NCBI GenBank assembly: GCA_964497275.1
Contig: CAZCEG010000002.1
Coordinates: 1-35,178, forward strand
DNA length: 35,178 bases
Reading direction: 5' to 3'
Source: an uncultured Oceanicaulis sp.
GTDB taxonomy: Bacteria; Pseudomonadota; Alphaproteobacteria; Caulobacterales; Maricaulaceae
The translations under genes and the position numbers were made by a program. Below the pieces are notes generated by a model, which worked only from the letters and a program-made list of their open reading frames with translations, did not search any database and was not told where the DNA came from. How positions within the stretch are numbered: the stretch's first letter is position 1; every line of letters begins with the position of its first letter. Positions 1 through 9,011 of the stretch are shown here, one piece after another.

Positions 1-179
1 CACGAGCACGAGCCGGTGCAGTTCACCCCGTGAGTGGAGCGCACGATCTTGTCGTGCCGCCAGCGGTTCCGGTAGGCCTCTTCCCACGTGCGGTCTTCAC
101 CTGTTGTCACACCGTGACCGCCGGAGAACGTTTCCGTCTTGCGGGTAAAGAACATCAGTCTGTCGAGCGTATGGCTCAT
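1..179 (-). CDS. narG: Respiratory nitrate reductase alpha subunit, N-terminal 59 codons (runs off the window)
   Basis: Manual translation [60 protein letters not shown] contains the Nar[12 protein letters not shown] motif; ATGA overlap with the narK stop. Not in the ORF track. Confidence 0.97.
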   Translation of the reverse strand, partial: MSHTLDRLMFFTRKTETFSGGHGVTTGEDRTWEEAYRNRWRHDKIVRSTHGVNCTGSCS

Positions 180-2917
180 TTTTGGGCTCCCTGAGCGAGG
201 CCGGCGCTGCGTATGGATGCAGCCAATCCCTCGTCAGCCAGCAGGCCGCCCGGGCGGACATAGACCTGCCAGGTGATAACGAGGCACGAAACGTAGAAGG
301 CGAGGAAGGCCGCGAGGGCGGGAAACGCGCTCCCGGCCATGGACACTGACAGGCCGAGGCCCATCGGGATGAAGAAGGCGCCGTAGGCGGCGATCGCAGA
401 GGTGAAGCCGGTAATGGCCGCACTCTCCTTGTCTGCCTGACGGGTGGCATCGTCTCCGGTCAGCTGTGGCTCGAGGCGGGCCACCTCCTTGCGCATGATC
501 GCCGGGATCATCTGGAAGGTGGACGCATTCCCCACTCCACTGGCGATGAAGAGTGCCAGGAAGGACAGGAAATACCCCGCGAAGCTACCCGTGTTGGCAA
601 AGTAGATCACGCTGATGACACCGCACCCCATGACGAGGAACACGCCGAGCGTGACCCGCGCTCCGCCCCAGCGATCTGCCATCCAGCCACTGAGCGAGCG
701 CGCCAGAGCACCTACCAGCGGCCCCAGGAACGCAAGCTGCAACACGTTGACGTCGGGAAACTGGATGCGCGCCAGCAGCGGGAAAGCGGCCGAGAAGCCA
801 ATGAAAGAACCGAATGTGCCGGTGTAGAGCCAGCACATCACCCAGTTCTGGGTGCGCCTGAAGATGACCGCCTGTTCGGCGAAGGACGCCTTTGCAGTCG
901 CCAGATCGTTCAATCCGAACCAGGCCAGGAAGGCCGAGATGGCTATGAACGGCACCCAGATGAAGCCTGCATTCTGCAGGAACAGGGTCGTCTCCTGTCC
1001 GTCCTGCATCACGCTCTGGCCTGTGCCACCGAGCGCACCGAACACGCCGGCCGTGATGACCAGCGGCACGATGAACTGCATCGCGCTGACGCCGAGATTG
1101 CCAAGTCCGGCATTGAGGGCGAGCGCATTGCCCTTCTCACGTTTTGGGAAGAAGAAGCCGATATGGGCCATGGAGGAGGCGAAGTTGCCGCCACCGAGTC
1201 CACACAGCAGGGCAAGAGCCAGCAATATCCAGTACGGTGTGTCAGGGCTCTGGACCGCGAAGCCTATGCCCAGCGCGGGGATCATCAGCGACCAGGTTGA
1301 GAGCGTCGTCCACAGGCGTCCGCCGAAAACCGGCACCATGAAGCTGTAGAAGATGCGCAACGTCGCCCCGGAAAGGCCAGGCAGCGCGGCCAGCCAGAAA
1401 AGCTGGCTGTCGGTAAAGTCAAACCCCACCCGCGGCAGCTGTGCCACCACGACCGACCACACCATCCAGACTGCAAAGGCCAGGAACAGGGCGGGTATCG
1501 ATATCCACAGATTGCGCCTTGCGATGGCACGCCCGGTATTTTCCCAGAACGCGGGATCTTCTGGGCGCCAGTCCGTGATCAGTCTGGGTTTCAGCGCGCC
1601 TGCTGTCTCGCGGGTATGAACCGGCTGCATTTCCGGAAGTTCCGGCAGATCATCGAGCGCACGCCCTGCGGCCTCCCGCTCCATTCGCTGGATCGAGAAG
1701 TGCATCCAGAAGAGCGCTACCGAAACGATCAGGAAGAGCAGCATGAAGCAGCTGGTCCAGACGCCGGTCAGATCGTTCAGAAGGCCGAAGACGATTGGAA
1801 GGATGAAGCCGCCAAGGCCGCCAATCATGCCCACCAGACCACCAACAGCGCCGACATCCTTGGGGTAGTAGATCGGGATGTGCTTGAACACCGCCGCTTT
1901 GCCGAGGCTCATGAAGAAGCCGAGGACAAACGTGATGACCAAAAAGGCGACCGGGCCCGTTGCCAGGCGGAAGGCGATATCGCCGCGTATGCCTTCCACC
2001 ACATAGTTTGTCGGCGGATAGGACAGGATGAAGCTCGCCACGACGCAGACAATGAAGGTCCAGTACATCACCTTGCGCGCGCCGACCTTGTCGGACAGGT
2101 AGCCACCATAGACGCGGAAGATTGAGGCCGGGATCGAGTAAGCCGCCGCGATCATACCGGCTGTCGTGATGTCGAAGCCGTAAACGCCGATCAGATAGCG
2201 CGGCAGCCACAATGCCAGTGCCACAAAGGCACCGAACACAAAGAAGTAGTAGAGACCAAAGCGCCAGACTTGGATGTTTTTCAGCGGTTCGAACTGTTCG
2301 GCGAACGACCGCGCTTTCTGTCCTTTGGCCCGACGCTCAGCCAGATCGGGCTCATCGCGTGTGGAGAAGAAGAAAAAGAAGGCAAGAAGGGCCAGGCCAG
2401 CCGCCCATATCTGCGCGACCGCTTCCCAACCAAGCGCTACCATCACGAGCGGTGCGGCCAGCTTGGTGACGGCCGAGCCGACATTGCCAGCGCCGACGAT
2501 TCCAAGCGCCGTGCCCTGCTTTTCGGGAGGATAGAATTTGGACACATAGGTGGTGACAACGGCAAACGAACCACCAGCAATGCCGACACCAAGTGCCGCA
2601 ACAAGAAATTGCCAGTAGGTATCGGCGAAGGTCAGAAGAAAGGTCGCCGCTGCTGCCGACAGCATGACGATGGCATTCACGCGCCTGCCGCCCAGCTGGT
2701 CCGTCCACACACCCAGCACCAGACGGATCAGCGACCCGGTCAAGATTGGCGTGCCTATGAGAAGGCCGAACTGGGTTTCGTTCAGCCCCAGATCACGTTG
2801 GATTTCAACGCCAATGATCGAGAATATGGTCCAAACCGCAAACGCGCCGGTAAATCCGATAGTGCTGATCCAGAGGGCCGCGGAGGCTCCGCGCGCGGGT
2901 TGGGTGGCGGTGTTCAT
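176..2917 (-). CDS. narK: Fused NarK1-NarK2 nitrate/nitrite MFS transporter (913 aa, two MFS domains)
   Basis: Two NNP-family halves; the second begins [22 protein letters not shown] and has GGGNFASSM and [12 protein letters not shown]; directly upstream of narG. Confidence 0.95.
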   Translation of the reverse strand: MNTATQPARGASAALWISTIGFTGAFAVWTIFSIIGVEIQRDLGLNETQFGLLIGTPILTGSLIRLVLGVWTDQLGGRRVNAIVMLSAAAATFLLTFADTYWQFLVAALGVGIAGGSFAVVTTYVSKFYPPEKQGTALGIVGAGNVGSAVTKLAAPLVMVALGWEAVAQIWAAGLALLAFFFFFSTRDEPDLAERRAKGQKARSFAEQFEPLKNIQVWRFGLYYFFVFGAFVALALWLPRYLIGVYGFDITTAGMIAAAYSIPASIFRVYGGYLSDKVGARKVMYWTFIVCVVASFILSYPPTNYVVEGIRGDIAFRLATGPVAFLVITFVLGFFMSLGKAAVFKHIPIYYPKDVGAVGGLVGMIGGLGGFILPIVFGLLNDLTGVWTSCFMLLFLIVSVALFWMHFSIQRMEREAAGRALDDLPELPEMQPVHTRETAGALKPRLITDWRPEDPAFWENTGRAIARRNLWISIPALFLAFAVWMVWSVVVAQLPRVGFDFTDSQLFWLAALPGLSGATLRIFYSFMVPVFGGRLWTTLSTWSLMIPALGIGFAVQSPDTPYWILLALALLCGLGGGNFASSMAHIGFFFPKREKGNALALNAGLGNLGVSAMQFIVPLVITAGVFGALGGTGQSVMQDGQETTLFLQNAGFIWVPFIAISAFLAWFGLNDLATAKASFAEQAVIFRRTQNWVMCWLYTGTFGSFIGFSAAFPLLARIQFPDVNVLQLAFLGPLVGALARSLSGWMADRWGGARVTLGVFLVMGCGVISVIYFANTGSFAGYFLSFLALFIASGVGNASTFQMIPAIMRKEVARLEPQLTGDDATRQADKESAAITGFTSAIAAYGAFFIPMGLGLSVSMAGSAFPALAAFLAFYVSCLVITWQVYVRPGGLLADEGLAASIRSAGLAQGAQK

Positions 2918-3007
2918 GTCTTGCCCGGCGACGCGGATAGACCCGTTTCAGCCCCCCAGCGGGGCGTGCGTCGTTCACCGGCATCAGGCAGCAGCACTCA
3001 ATCTGCC

Positions 3008-3021
3008 TTGATTTTTATCAA
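3008..3021. promoter_or_regulatory. FNR-family box upstream of narK
   Basis: Perfect TTGAT-TTTT-ATCAA about 90 bp upstream of the narK start. Confidence 0.9.
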
Positions 3022-3122
3022 ACAATTGAGTGATGCTGGTTTAGATGGATGGGAAATTTGAAAACGATCTTCGCTACACCTGATCAGGTCATGTTGACGG
3101 ACTGGTTTCGTTGTCCGGTGCC

Positions 3123-3136
3123 TTGACGGCGGTCAG
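3123..3136. promoter_or_regulatory. FNR-like box (variant)
   Basis: TTGAC-GGCG-GTCAG in the narK/regulator divergent intergenic region. Confidence 0.55.
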
Positions 3137-3165
3137 GGGTAATATGCCATTATCACCGCACCAGC

Positions 3166-3179
3166 TTGACGTAGATCAA
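3166..3179. promoter_or_regulatory. FNR-family box upstream of the Crp/Fnr regulator
   Basis: TTGAC-GTAG-ATCAA, one mismatch to consensus, 42 bp before the ATG at 3222. Confidence 0.8.
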
Positions 3180-3221
3180 GCAAAGAACCGCCGGTCCAGG
3201 TATTGAAGGAATCCCTCGTCC

Positions 3222-4007
3222 ATGAGTATCCGCCAGCAAGACCTCGACCGGATCCGCGAGCTCGCCCTTTTCGCTGACACAAGCCCGGATACGTTCCGGG
3301 ACGCGACCGGTGGCGCCTTCCTGCAGCGCTTCCCGGCCGGCACCACCTTGCTGATGGAAGGTGACCGGGTGGATTTCCTCTATGTCCTGCTGGCTGGACA
3401 GGTGGAGCTGCGCGGATCGTGGAAGGACAAGGAAACGACGCTGGCCGTGCTTCGGCCTGTCTCGACCTTCATCCTTGCTGCTGTTGTGCTTGATGCACCG
3501 GCCCTTATGAGCGCAATGACTCTGGAGCGTTCCGAATTGCTGATGATTTCCGGCGAGTCGCTGCGCCGCGCCATGAAGCAGGACTCCGATTTCAGCTTCG
3601 CCGTTTCGCAAGAGCTTGCAGGCTGCTATCGCGGCCTTGTCCGCTCGGTGAAGAACCAGAAACTGCGCGGGGCACTTGAGCGGCTTGCGAACTATCTCGT
3701 TACCCTCCACGCCCGCAACAATGGGCAAACAGACCTCGTTTTGCCGCATGAGAAGCGCGTTCTGGCATCATTGCTTGGCATGACCCCGGAGAATCTCTCG
3801 CGGGCCTTCGCCAAGCTGGACGAGTATGGCGTGGAGGTTGATGGCAACCGTGTGCGGCTGGGCAATGTCGAGAAGCTGCGGCGGCTGGCCCGTCCGCATC
3901 CGCTGATCGACAATCATTCCCTTTCGTCAGGCTCTGTTGCGGGCAAGGCCGTAAAGGAATCCTGGCCGTCTTCCACCATGAGCTGCCCCAGCAGCGAGGC
4001 CGTTTAG
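3222..4007 (+). CDS. ftrB: Crp/Fnr-family transcriptional activator, FtrB/NarR-like
   Basis: GAFLQRFP, LRPVSTFILAAVVLDAP, ELAGCYRGLV..KNQKLR and HTH LGMTPENLSRAF with the FNR-box-binding E..SR; no N-terminal FNR Cys cluster; divergent from narK. Confidence 0.85.
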   Translation: MSIRQQDLDRIRELALFADTSPDTFRDATGGAFLQRFPAGTTLLMEGDRVDFLYVLLAGQVELRGSWKDKETTLAVLRPVSTFILAAVVLDAPALMSAMTLERSELLMISGESLRRAMKQDSDFSFAVSQELAGCYRGLVRSVKNQKLRGALERLANYLVTLHARNNGQTDLVLPHEKRVLASLLGMTPENLSRAFAKLDEYGVEVDGNRVRLGNVEKLRRLARPHPLIDNHSLSSGSVAGKAVKESWPSSTMSCPSSEAV

Positions 4008-4010
4008 GCG

Positions 4011-5003
4011 TTACCCTCCAACCAGCGACAAATTGCGGGTCGCGCCGGGGTCATCCTGGTGCAGGCCGTGCGTACGCGTTTTGCCGGTAAGGGCTTCGCG
4101 GATCCGGATCTGGAGTTCGCCGCGGTCGTCATCGCTCTGCAACAGGGGACGCAGATCAACGCCGCCATCGCCAAAAAGGCATAGCCGCATACGCCCCCGC
4201 GCGGTAACGCGCAGCCGGTTGCAGCTATCGCAGAAACCTGGCGCATAAGGCGCAATGAGACCGATCCGCCCGGCATGATCAGGATGGACATACTCGACGG
4301 CCGGGCCGTCATCTGCGCCTCGCTCTGCGGGTAGCCAGCCATGGGCGGTCAACCAGTCACGTACCGTATTGCCGCTGGCGTGGTGGGCCTCGAAGAAAGC
4401 TTTGTTGTCCCCGGTGCGCATCAACTCAATGAAGCGGACGGAAACGGGCCGTTCGCGCACGAACTCCGTCCACTGCGCAAATCCAACCTCCGCCGTTTCG
4501 CGTAGCAGGACCGCGTTGACCTTCACAGACTTCAGCGAAGAGGCCAGTGCTGCATCCACGCCGTCCAGCACGGCGTGAAGCCGGTCATGGCCCGTGATGG
4601 CCTCAAACCCTGCCCGGTCGAGCGAATCGATACTGACATTGAGATGGGTGAGGCCGGCACCGGTCCATTCATCCAGCTTGCGGGCAAGATTCCAGCCATT
4701 GGTCGTCATACAGGTCTTCGCGATGCCCGGTGTCGTGGCAGCCCGCGCGATAATCTCGGCCAGATCCTTGCGGACGCTCGGCTCGCCTCCGGTCAGGCGC
4801 ACCTTGGCCAGCCCCATCGGAGCAAACGCGGCCACCAGACGACCGATCTCGTCCGGCTCCAGAAAGTGCAGGGGGCCCGTCTTGCGGTATCCGTCCGGGA
4901 GACAATACGTGCAACGGAAATTGCACACCTCCGTCACCGACAGCCGCAGATAGCGGAAGCGGCGCTCATATCCGTCCGTTAAGGGACGGAGCGGGGCAGT
5001 CAT
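4011..5003 (-). CDS. moaA: GTP 3',8-cyclase (radical SAM, Moco biosynthesis)
   Basis: YLRLSVTEVCNFRCTYC, RLTGGEP, FCDSCNRLR..LCLF and C-terminal GG; start moved to ATG 5003, which follows the AAGGAG RBS. Confidence 0.96.
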   Translation of the reverse strand: MTAPLRPLTDGYERRFRYLRLSVTEVCNFRCTYCLPDGYRKTGPLHFLEPDEIGRLVAAFAPMGLAKVRLTGGEPSVRKDLAEIIARAATTPGIAKTCMTTNGWNLARKLDEWTGAGLTHLNVSIDSLDRAGFEAITGHDRLHAVLDGVDAALASSLKSVKVNAVLLRETAEVGFAQWTEFVRERPVSVRFIELMRTGDNKAFFEAHHASGNTVRDWLTAHGWLPAERGADDGPAVEYVHPDHAGRIGLIAPYAPGFCDSCNRLRVTARGRMRLCLFGDGGVDLRPLLQSDDDRGELQIRIREALTGKTRTHGLHQDDPGATRNLSLVGG

Positions 5004-5007
5004 CGCA

Positions 5008-5128
5008 CGGCTCCTTTCCAAGCACGGGAGGCGGGCCGGTTTCCCGGGCCGCCCTTTGGTCCTGTCACTTCTGGACCCGGCTGGCATGCCATGGCCTTGA
5101 TGGCGTTAGGCAGGACAGCTCGGAGCGA
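5008..5128 (-). ncRNA. Moco RNA motif (molybdenum cofactor riboswitch)
   Basis: Minus strand reads CTCCGAGC..CCTAA..ATGG..GC..AGGGCGGCCCGGGAAACCGGCCCGCCTCCCGTGCTTGGAAAGGAG, matching the Moco motif hallmarks (AGGG..GAAA..GCCUCCCGU..UUGGAAAGG); 5' CTCC can pair with the RBS GGAG. Confidence 0.88.
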
Positions 5129-5185
5129 TGAGCCGACATTAGGTGGATTGGCCGCTCCCCGCTTTGACGGGCACACAGGCCACGA

Positions 5186-5199
5186 TTGACGCAGGTCAA
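5186..5199. promoter_or_regulatory. FNR-family box upstream of the moaA leader
   Basis: Perfect palindrome TTGAC-GCAG-GTCAA in the nnrS-moaA gap. Confidence 0.8.
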
Positions 5200-5212
5200 C
5201 AGCGTGCGCGCG

Positions 5213-6376
5213 TTATGTCAGGCGCGGGCGGAAAAACGGTTTGGCATAAAGCGCGAGAAATATCGCAAAGGCGATAGTCCAGAGCGCACCGGAAACCATT
5301 AGTCCGTAGCCATAAAGTCCCTCAAGCCATGGTGAGACGACACGCAACAGCGCGGACATATTGATAGCGAGAAGCATCGCGCTCACCGCCACTCCTGCCT
5401 TCAAAGCCCGTCCGGTATGGCCAAGCGTGGCGCGCGTCATGACAGACAGCGTCATTACCCCGATGGCTCCCCCGCCGAGCGCGTGCAGCCCGGCATCGCG
5501 CGGCACCCATGCCGGTGCCAGAGCGTGCAGTCCGAGCAATACCAAGGCAATCGCCGTCCACGCGTAACCGGCATGCAGGGTGAGCAGCAGCGGTTCTGCA
5601 GTCACCGAAAGTGCCTTCCAGCGGACAAGCCGCGCTCCGGCAACAAGTCCGGCGAGTACCAGCATTACACCTGTCAGATGCTCATACGGCAGAGCCACCC
5701 ACAAGGCGGCAGCTACGGGCGTCAGCACCAGTCCGGCCATGTCCAGACGGGTTTCCGATCCAGGCCCCTCCTCGCCGCGCGCCTTAAGCCAGTTGCGGGT
5801 GAAGGCCGGTGTGATGCGCCCTCCCACTAGCGTCAGCAACACTGCCAGAACCGCCAGGCCCAGCCTGATGGCGATGTCCTGCAAACCTGCACCGCCTCCC
5901 GGCCACGCGAAGAGAAGACCGGCAATTGCAAAAACGGAAATGACAGCAGCCACCTTATAGTTCCGCCGGTTGCCTGCGGCGATCACTTCACGCCAAACCA
6001 GCCCGGCGAGAAGCACGGCGAAAGCGGAGCCAGCAAGCGCCACCATCTCACCTGCGATTCCGGCGATAAAGGGAGCAGCCAGCGCGCACAGCCACAAGGC
6101 AAGCAATACCAGCAACCATGGACCGGCCACCGGTGGGCGGGCGGTCCAGTTGGCTACAGCGGTCAGGACAAAGCCGGTCAGAACCGCCCCGCCATAGCCA
6201 AACACCATCACACTGGCATGCCATTGCGGCGCGGACAGCCGGGGCGTGTAAAGCGGGGCGTGGGCCCAGGCCCATAGCCATACCGGCATGATCATCAGCG
6301 CCAGAGCCGCCGCCGCGAAAAAAAACGGGCGAAAGCCCATGGAAAGGAATGGTATCGCAGACAGTCCTCTGGGCAT
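5213..6376 (-). CDS. nnrS: NnrS family membrane protein (nitrosative stress)
   Basis: GFRPFFF, WH..MVFGY..AVLTGFVLTAVANWT, GGRITPAFTRNWL, LHAGYAW, VMTRATLGHTGR; start ATG 6376 after AAGGAG. Confidence 0.93.
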   Translation of the reverse strand: MPRGLSAIPFLSMGFRPFFFAAAALALMIMPVWLWAWAHAPLYTPRLSAPQWHASVMVFGYGGAVLTGFVLTAVANWTARPPVAGPWLLVLLALWLCALAAPFIAGIAGEMVALAGSAFAVLLAGLVWREVIAAGNRRNYKVAAVISVFAIAGLLFAWPGGGAGLQDIAIRLGLAVLAVLLTLVGGRITPAFTRNWLKARGEEGPGSETRLDMAGLVLTPVAAALWVALPYEHLTGVMLVLAGLVAGARLVRWKALSVTAEPLLLTLHAGYAWTAIALVLLGLHALAPAWVPRDAGLHALGGGAIGVMTLSVMTRATLGHTGRALKAGVAVSAMLLAINMSALLRVVSPWLEGLYGYGLMVSGALWTIAFAIFLALYAKPFFRPRLT

Positions 6377-6399
6377 CACTTCAACTCCTTGCCAGCCGG

Positions 6400-6699
6400 T
6401 CATGTCAGGCTGGCTGTATTACAATCGCAACTCAACAACCGCCGCTGGCGGGCTACGGATGCCGCCAGAATTATATTCCAGACGGCACGCGCCAGCTCCG
6501 GATCAAGTCCTGACGCTGCTGCGCGCGCATCGATACGCGCCAGTATCTGCACCTCACGCTCCGTGTCCCGCGGATCGTGCCCAGCTGGTTTCAGTTGTGC
6601 AGCCGCATCGCACAGAAGCTGCCGCCGGGCGAGCAGGCAAACGACTTGTCTGTCCACCTCATCAATATGTTTGCGGAACGCCTTTAGCCCCTCATCCAT
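6400..6699 (-). CDS. Standalone AroQ-type (type II) chorismate mutase, 99 aa
   Basis: L..FRKHIDEVDRQVVCLLARR..LK..RDTERE..S..Q keeps the AroQ active-site pattern (R9, R26, K37, D45, R48, E49, S81, Q85); ATG 1 nt after the ubiV stop. Confidence 0.85.
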   Translation of the reverse strand: MDEGLKAFRKHIDEVDRQVVCLLARRQLLCDAAAQLKPAGHDPRDTEREVQILARIDARAAASGLDPELARAVWNIILAASVARQRRLLSCDCNTASLT

Positions 6700-6700
6700 G

Positions 6701-7594
6701 CTACGCCGCCCCCGCGCGATGACGGCCCGCCCTGGCATGCAGATAACCGCTGACGAGTGGCCCACATAAATTCATCGCCATCAGCTCGGCGCGCAATTCT
6801 GAAGGATCCATCCGCCCGCCAATATAGGCCTCGTAAAGCCGAGCAACGCGCACCATGTCGCCGAGATGCGGTGACAGCCGGAGCGCCGTTACTCCTTGTG
6901 CCTGCAAGGCCGCTACAGGCAAATCGAGCGTCTGCAGGGCATTGGAGAGGGTCTGAACCCCGTTCACCGCCAGGAAGGGCTCATCCTCCAGCGTGCTGAC
7001 CGCCATGCCTTCCAGGTCGTGCTCGCATACGAAGCGGCAGGAATCCTTGGTCAGACCATACCAGTGCGCGTGGTGACAACGCGCCGCCATGGCGAGCGGC
7101 AGGCGCCCGAACGCGAACAGCTCCATCTCTAGGCCCGGACAGGCCGCCGCGATGCGCCCGATAGCCTCGAGTGACAACTCCACATTGGCGCAAACCCGCA
7201 CACAGCCAAGGCGCATCAGTTCGCAGGCGGCGCTCTCATTATAGATGTTCAGCAATGGACCCGCTACGAATGGCGCGCCGTCCAGCCCTGCAAGACCGGT
7301 GGTGTCGTTGATCTCCACCAGCCCGCCAGATGCACCGGCCAGGTCCCTCGTCGCGGCCCGTTCGCGGCGTGTGGCGGGCATGGCAAGGCCTGACCAGACG
7401 ACCTGCTTGCCGGCCCGTTCCAGCCGTTCGGCGGCACCGGCCAGCGCGCCTGCTCGGGCAGGCTCGCGCTTCCCGCATACGACCTCGCCTATATAGACCC
7501 GGTCCACCGGCGCTTCGTCAGCGATGCGGGCGTAGAAATCCGCCGTCTGATCCGCGGGCCAGTTGAACAGGAGCGGTCCCAGTGCCAGTTCCAT
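6701..7594 (-). CDS. ubiV: O2-independent ubiquinone biosynthesis protein UbiV (U32 family)
   Basis: LALGPLLFNW, VYIGEVVCGKR, FGRLPLAMAARC, CRFVC, NGVQTLS, LRLSP; TAATG coupling to ubiU. Confidence 0.93.
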   Translation of the reverse strand: MELALGPLLFNWPADQTADFYARIADEAPVDRVYIGEVVCGKREPARAGALAGAAERLERAGKQVVWSGLAMPATRRERAATRDLAGASGGLVEINDTTGLAGLDGAPFVAGPLLNIYNESAACELMRLGCVRVCANVELSLEAIGRIAAACPGLEMELFAFGRLPLAMAARCHHAHWYGLTKDSCRFVCEHDLEGMAVSTLEDEPFLAVNGVQTLSNALQTLDLPVAALQAQGVTALRLSPHLGDMVRVARLYEAYIGGRMDPSELRAELMAMNLCGPLVSGYLHARAGRHRAGAA

Positions 7595-8559
7595 TACCGC
7601 CAACCCCGCTTGTAGGCGCCAGACGTCTCGCGTCCGCCCTCGGCAAGGCTCGACAACAGGTCCGGCCCGGCCACAGCGCCGTCCAGTGCAGCCCTGAACG
7701 CGGCGGTAATCCGCGCCACATAGGCCTTGCCCCGCTGACGGCCCTCCAGCTTCAGCGCGGTCACACCGCAGGCGCGCAGGCTATCGATGAGCGAGAGCGC
7801 GTTGAGGCTGACCGGATCCTCGAACAGATGGCTGTCGCGCCCTTCCGCCCTGAAACATCCCTTGCACAGGGTGGGGTAACCGGCCGGCTCGCCCGCCGCG
7901 TAACGGTCGATCATCAACCCGTCGAGCCGTGCGGCGAGATGGCCGGCCGATTCCCGGTACTCCACGGCATCGGGCGGCGAGCATACTCCGCCCTGATTGG
8001 GCGAACGCCCGGCCACATAGGACGACAGCGCACACCGCCCCTCTGCCATCACGCACAGCCCGCCATAGGCAAAGGCCTCGGTTTCCACCGCCACGCCTCT
8101 CATCAGCTCTGCGATTTCGGTGAGGTTCAGCACGCGCGGCAGCACGACGCGCTTCACACCGTATTCACGCGCATAAAAGCCGATCGCTTCAGGGGTCGCC
8201 GCCCCCGCCTGCACAGACAGATGTAACCGCGTATTGGGGTGCGCATCACGCATATGGGCCAGCACGGCAATATCGGCCGCAATGACGGCATTCACGCCTG
8301 CCTTCACCGCGGCATCCACCGAGCGTTGCCAGCTAACGACCCGCCCCGCCGGTGCAAAGGTGTTGGCTGCAAACAGCACGTTCACGCCGCGCGCCCTGCA
8401 CCAGCGCACGGCATCGGCCAGCTCTTCAGGGGTAAAGTTCAGGCCGGGAAAATTGCGCGCATTCGTCTCATCCGCCATGCCGCAATAAATGCTGTCGGCA
8501 CCAGCCTCCACAGCTGCACGCATCATTGATGCGGTTCCGGCCGGGCATACAAGCTCCAT
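7594..8559 (-). CDS. ubiU: O2-independent ubiquinone biosynthesis protein UbiU (U32 family)
   Basis: MELVCPAG, DETNARNFPGLNF, LHLSVQ, GGLCVMAEGRC..SSY, GVCSP, YPTLCKG, KLEGRQR; RBS AAGGAGG. Confidence 0.95.
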   Translation of the reverse strand: MELVCPAGTASMMRAAVEAGADSIYCGMADETNARNFPGLNFTPEELADAVRWCRARGVNVLFAANTFAPAGRVVSWQRSVDAAVKAGVNAVIAADIAVLAHMRDAHPNTRLHLSVQAGAATPEAIGFYAREYGVKRVVLPRVLNLTEIAELMRGVAVETEAFAYGGLCVMAEGRCALSSYVAGRSPNQGGVCSPPDAVEYRESAGHLAARLDGLMIDRYAAGEPAGYPTLCKGCFRAEGRDSHLFEDPVSLNALSLIDSLRACGVTALKLEGRQRGKAYVARITAAFRAALDGAVAGPDLLSSLAEGGRETSGAYKRGWR

Positions 8560-8570
8560 CGCCGCCTCCT

Positions 8571-9011
8571 TCAACCCTGCTGCTTCCGGACATGAGCGAA
8601 CGCCACGGCGAACCGCCACAGATCCAGCTCGGCATCCTCCAGCGCGTGGCGCAGTGCCGTCGCTACCGCCAGGTTGCCCTCTACCTGGACCGAGCGGGCA
8701 AAAAAGGCGGCATCGGCATCCTCCGACCCATCCATCAGGCGCAGCAATTGCCGCAGTGGGCCGCGTATTGCCGCGTCAGCACTTTCAGAGGGGGCCGTCA
8801 CCCGTATGTGCCAGGGCGGGCCGAGCGTGATGCAGAAGGCAGCCGGCAATCCTTCCGGCGCGATCAGGCATTGACGCCCCTCCAGCCCCTTGAAGCGTCT
8901 GGCAGCCTCAGGCCGGGCTTGCGCCGCCCGGTGGTAGGCCGCACTCATCAGTGCGCTTGCGGGGAGGCCAAGCAGCCGGGCGGGATGCGGCAGAGTCCGG
9001 CCTAGCCACAT
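8571..9011 (-). CDS. ubiT: SCP2 lipid-binding accessory protein UbiT
   Basis: D.DAAFFARSVQVEGN..A.ALR.ALE SCP2/UbiT motif directly upstream of ubiU; start uncertain (ATG 9011 overlaps the nrdJ end). Confidence 0.82.
   Translation of the reverse strand: MWLGRTLPHPARLLGLPASALMSAAYHRAAQARPEAARRFKGLEGRQCLIAPEGLPAAFCITLGPPWHIRVTAPSESADAAIRGPLRQLLRLMDGSEDADAAFFARSVQVEGNLAVATALRHALEDAELDLWRFAVAFAHVRKQQG

Noticed and set aside
5004-5087. N-terminal extension of moaA in the ORF track (likewise the longer starts for nrdJ, moaC, moaD, ubiU, traE)
   Set aside because: The extensions overlap the riboswitch, promoter regions or upstream genes; downstream ATGs mostly have an RBS or stop-start coupling.
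6701-8559. Calling the U32 genes proteases/collagenases
   Set aside because: The paired UbiU/UbiV motifs, Fe-S cysteines and adjacent SCP2 gene indicate ubiquinone hydroxylation.
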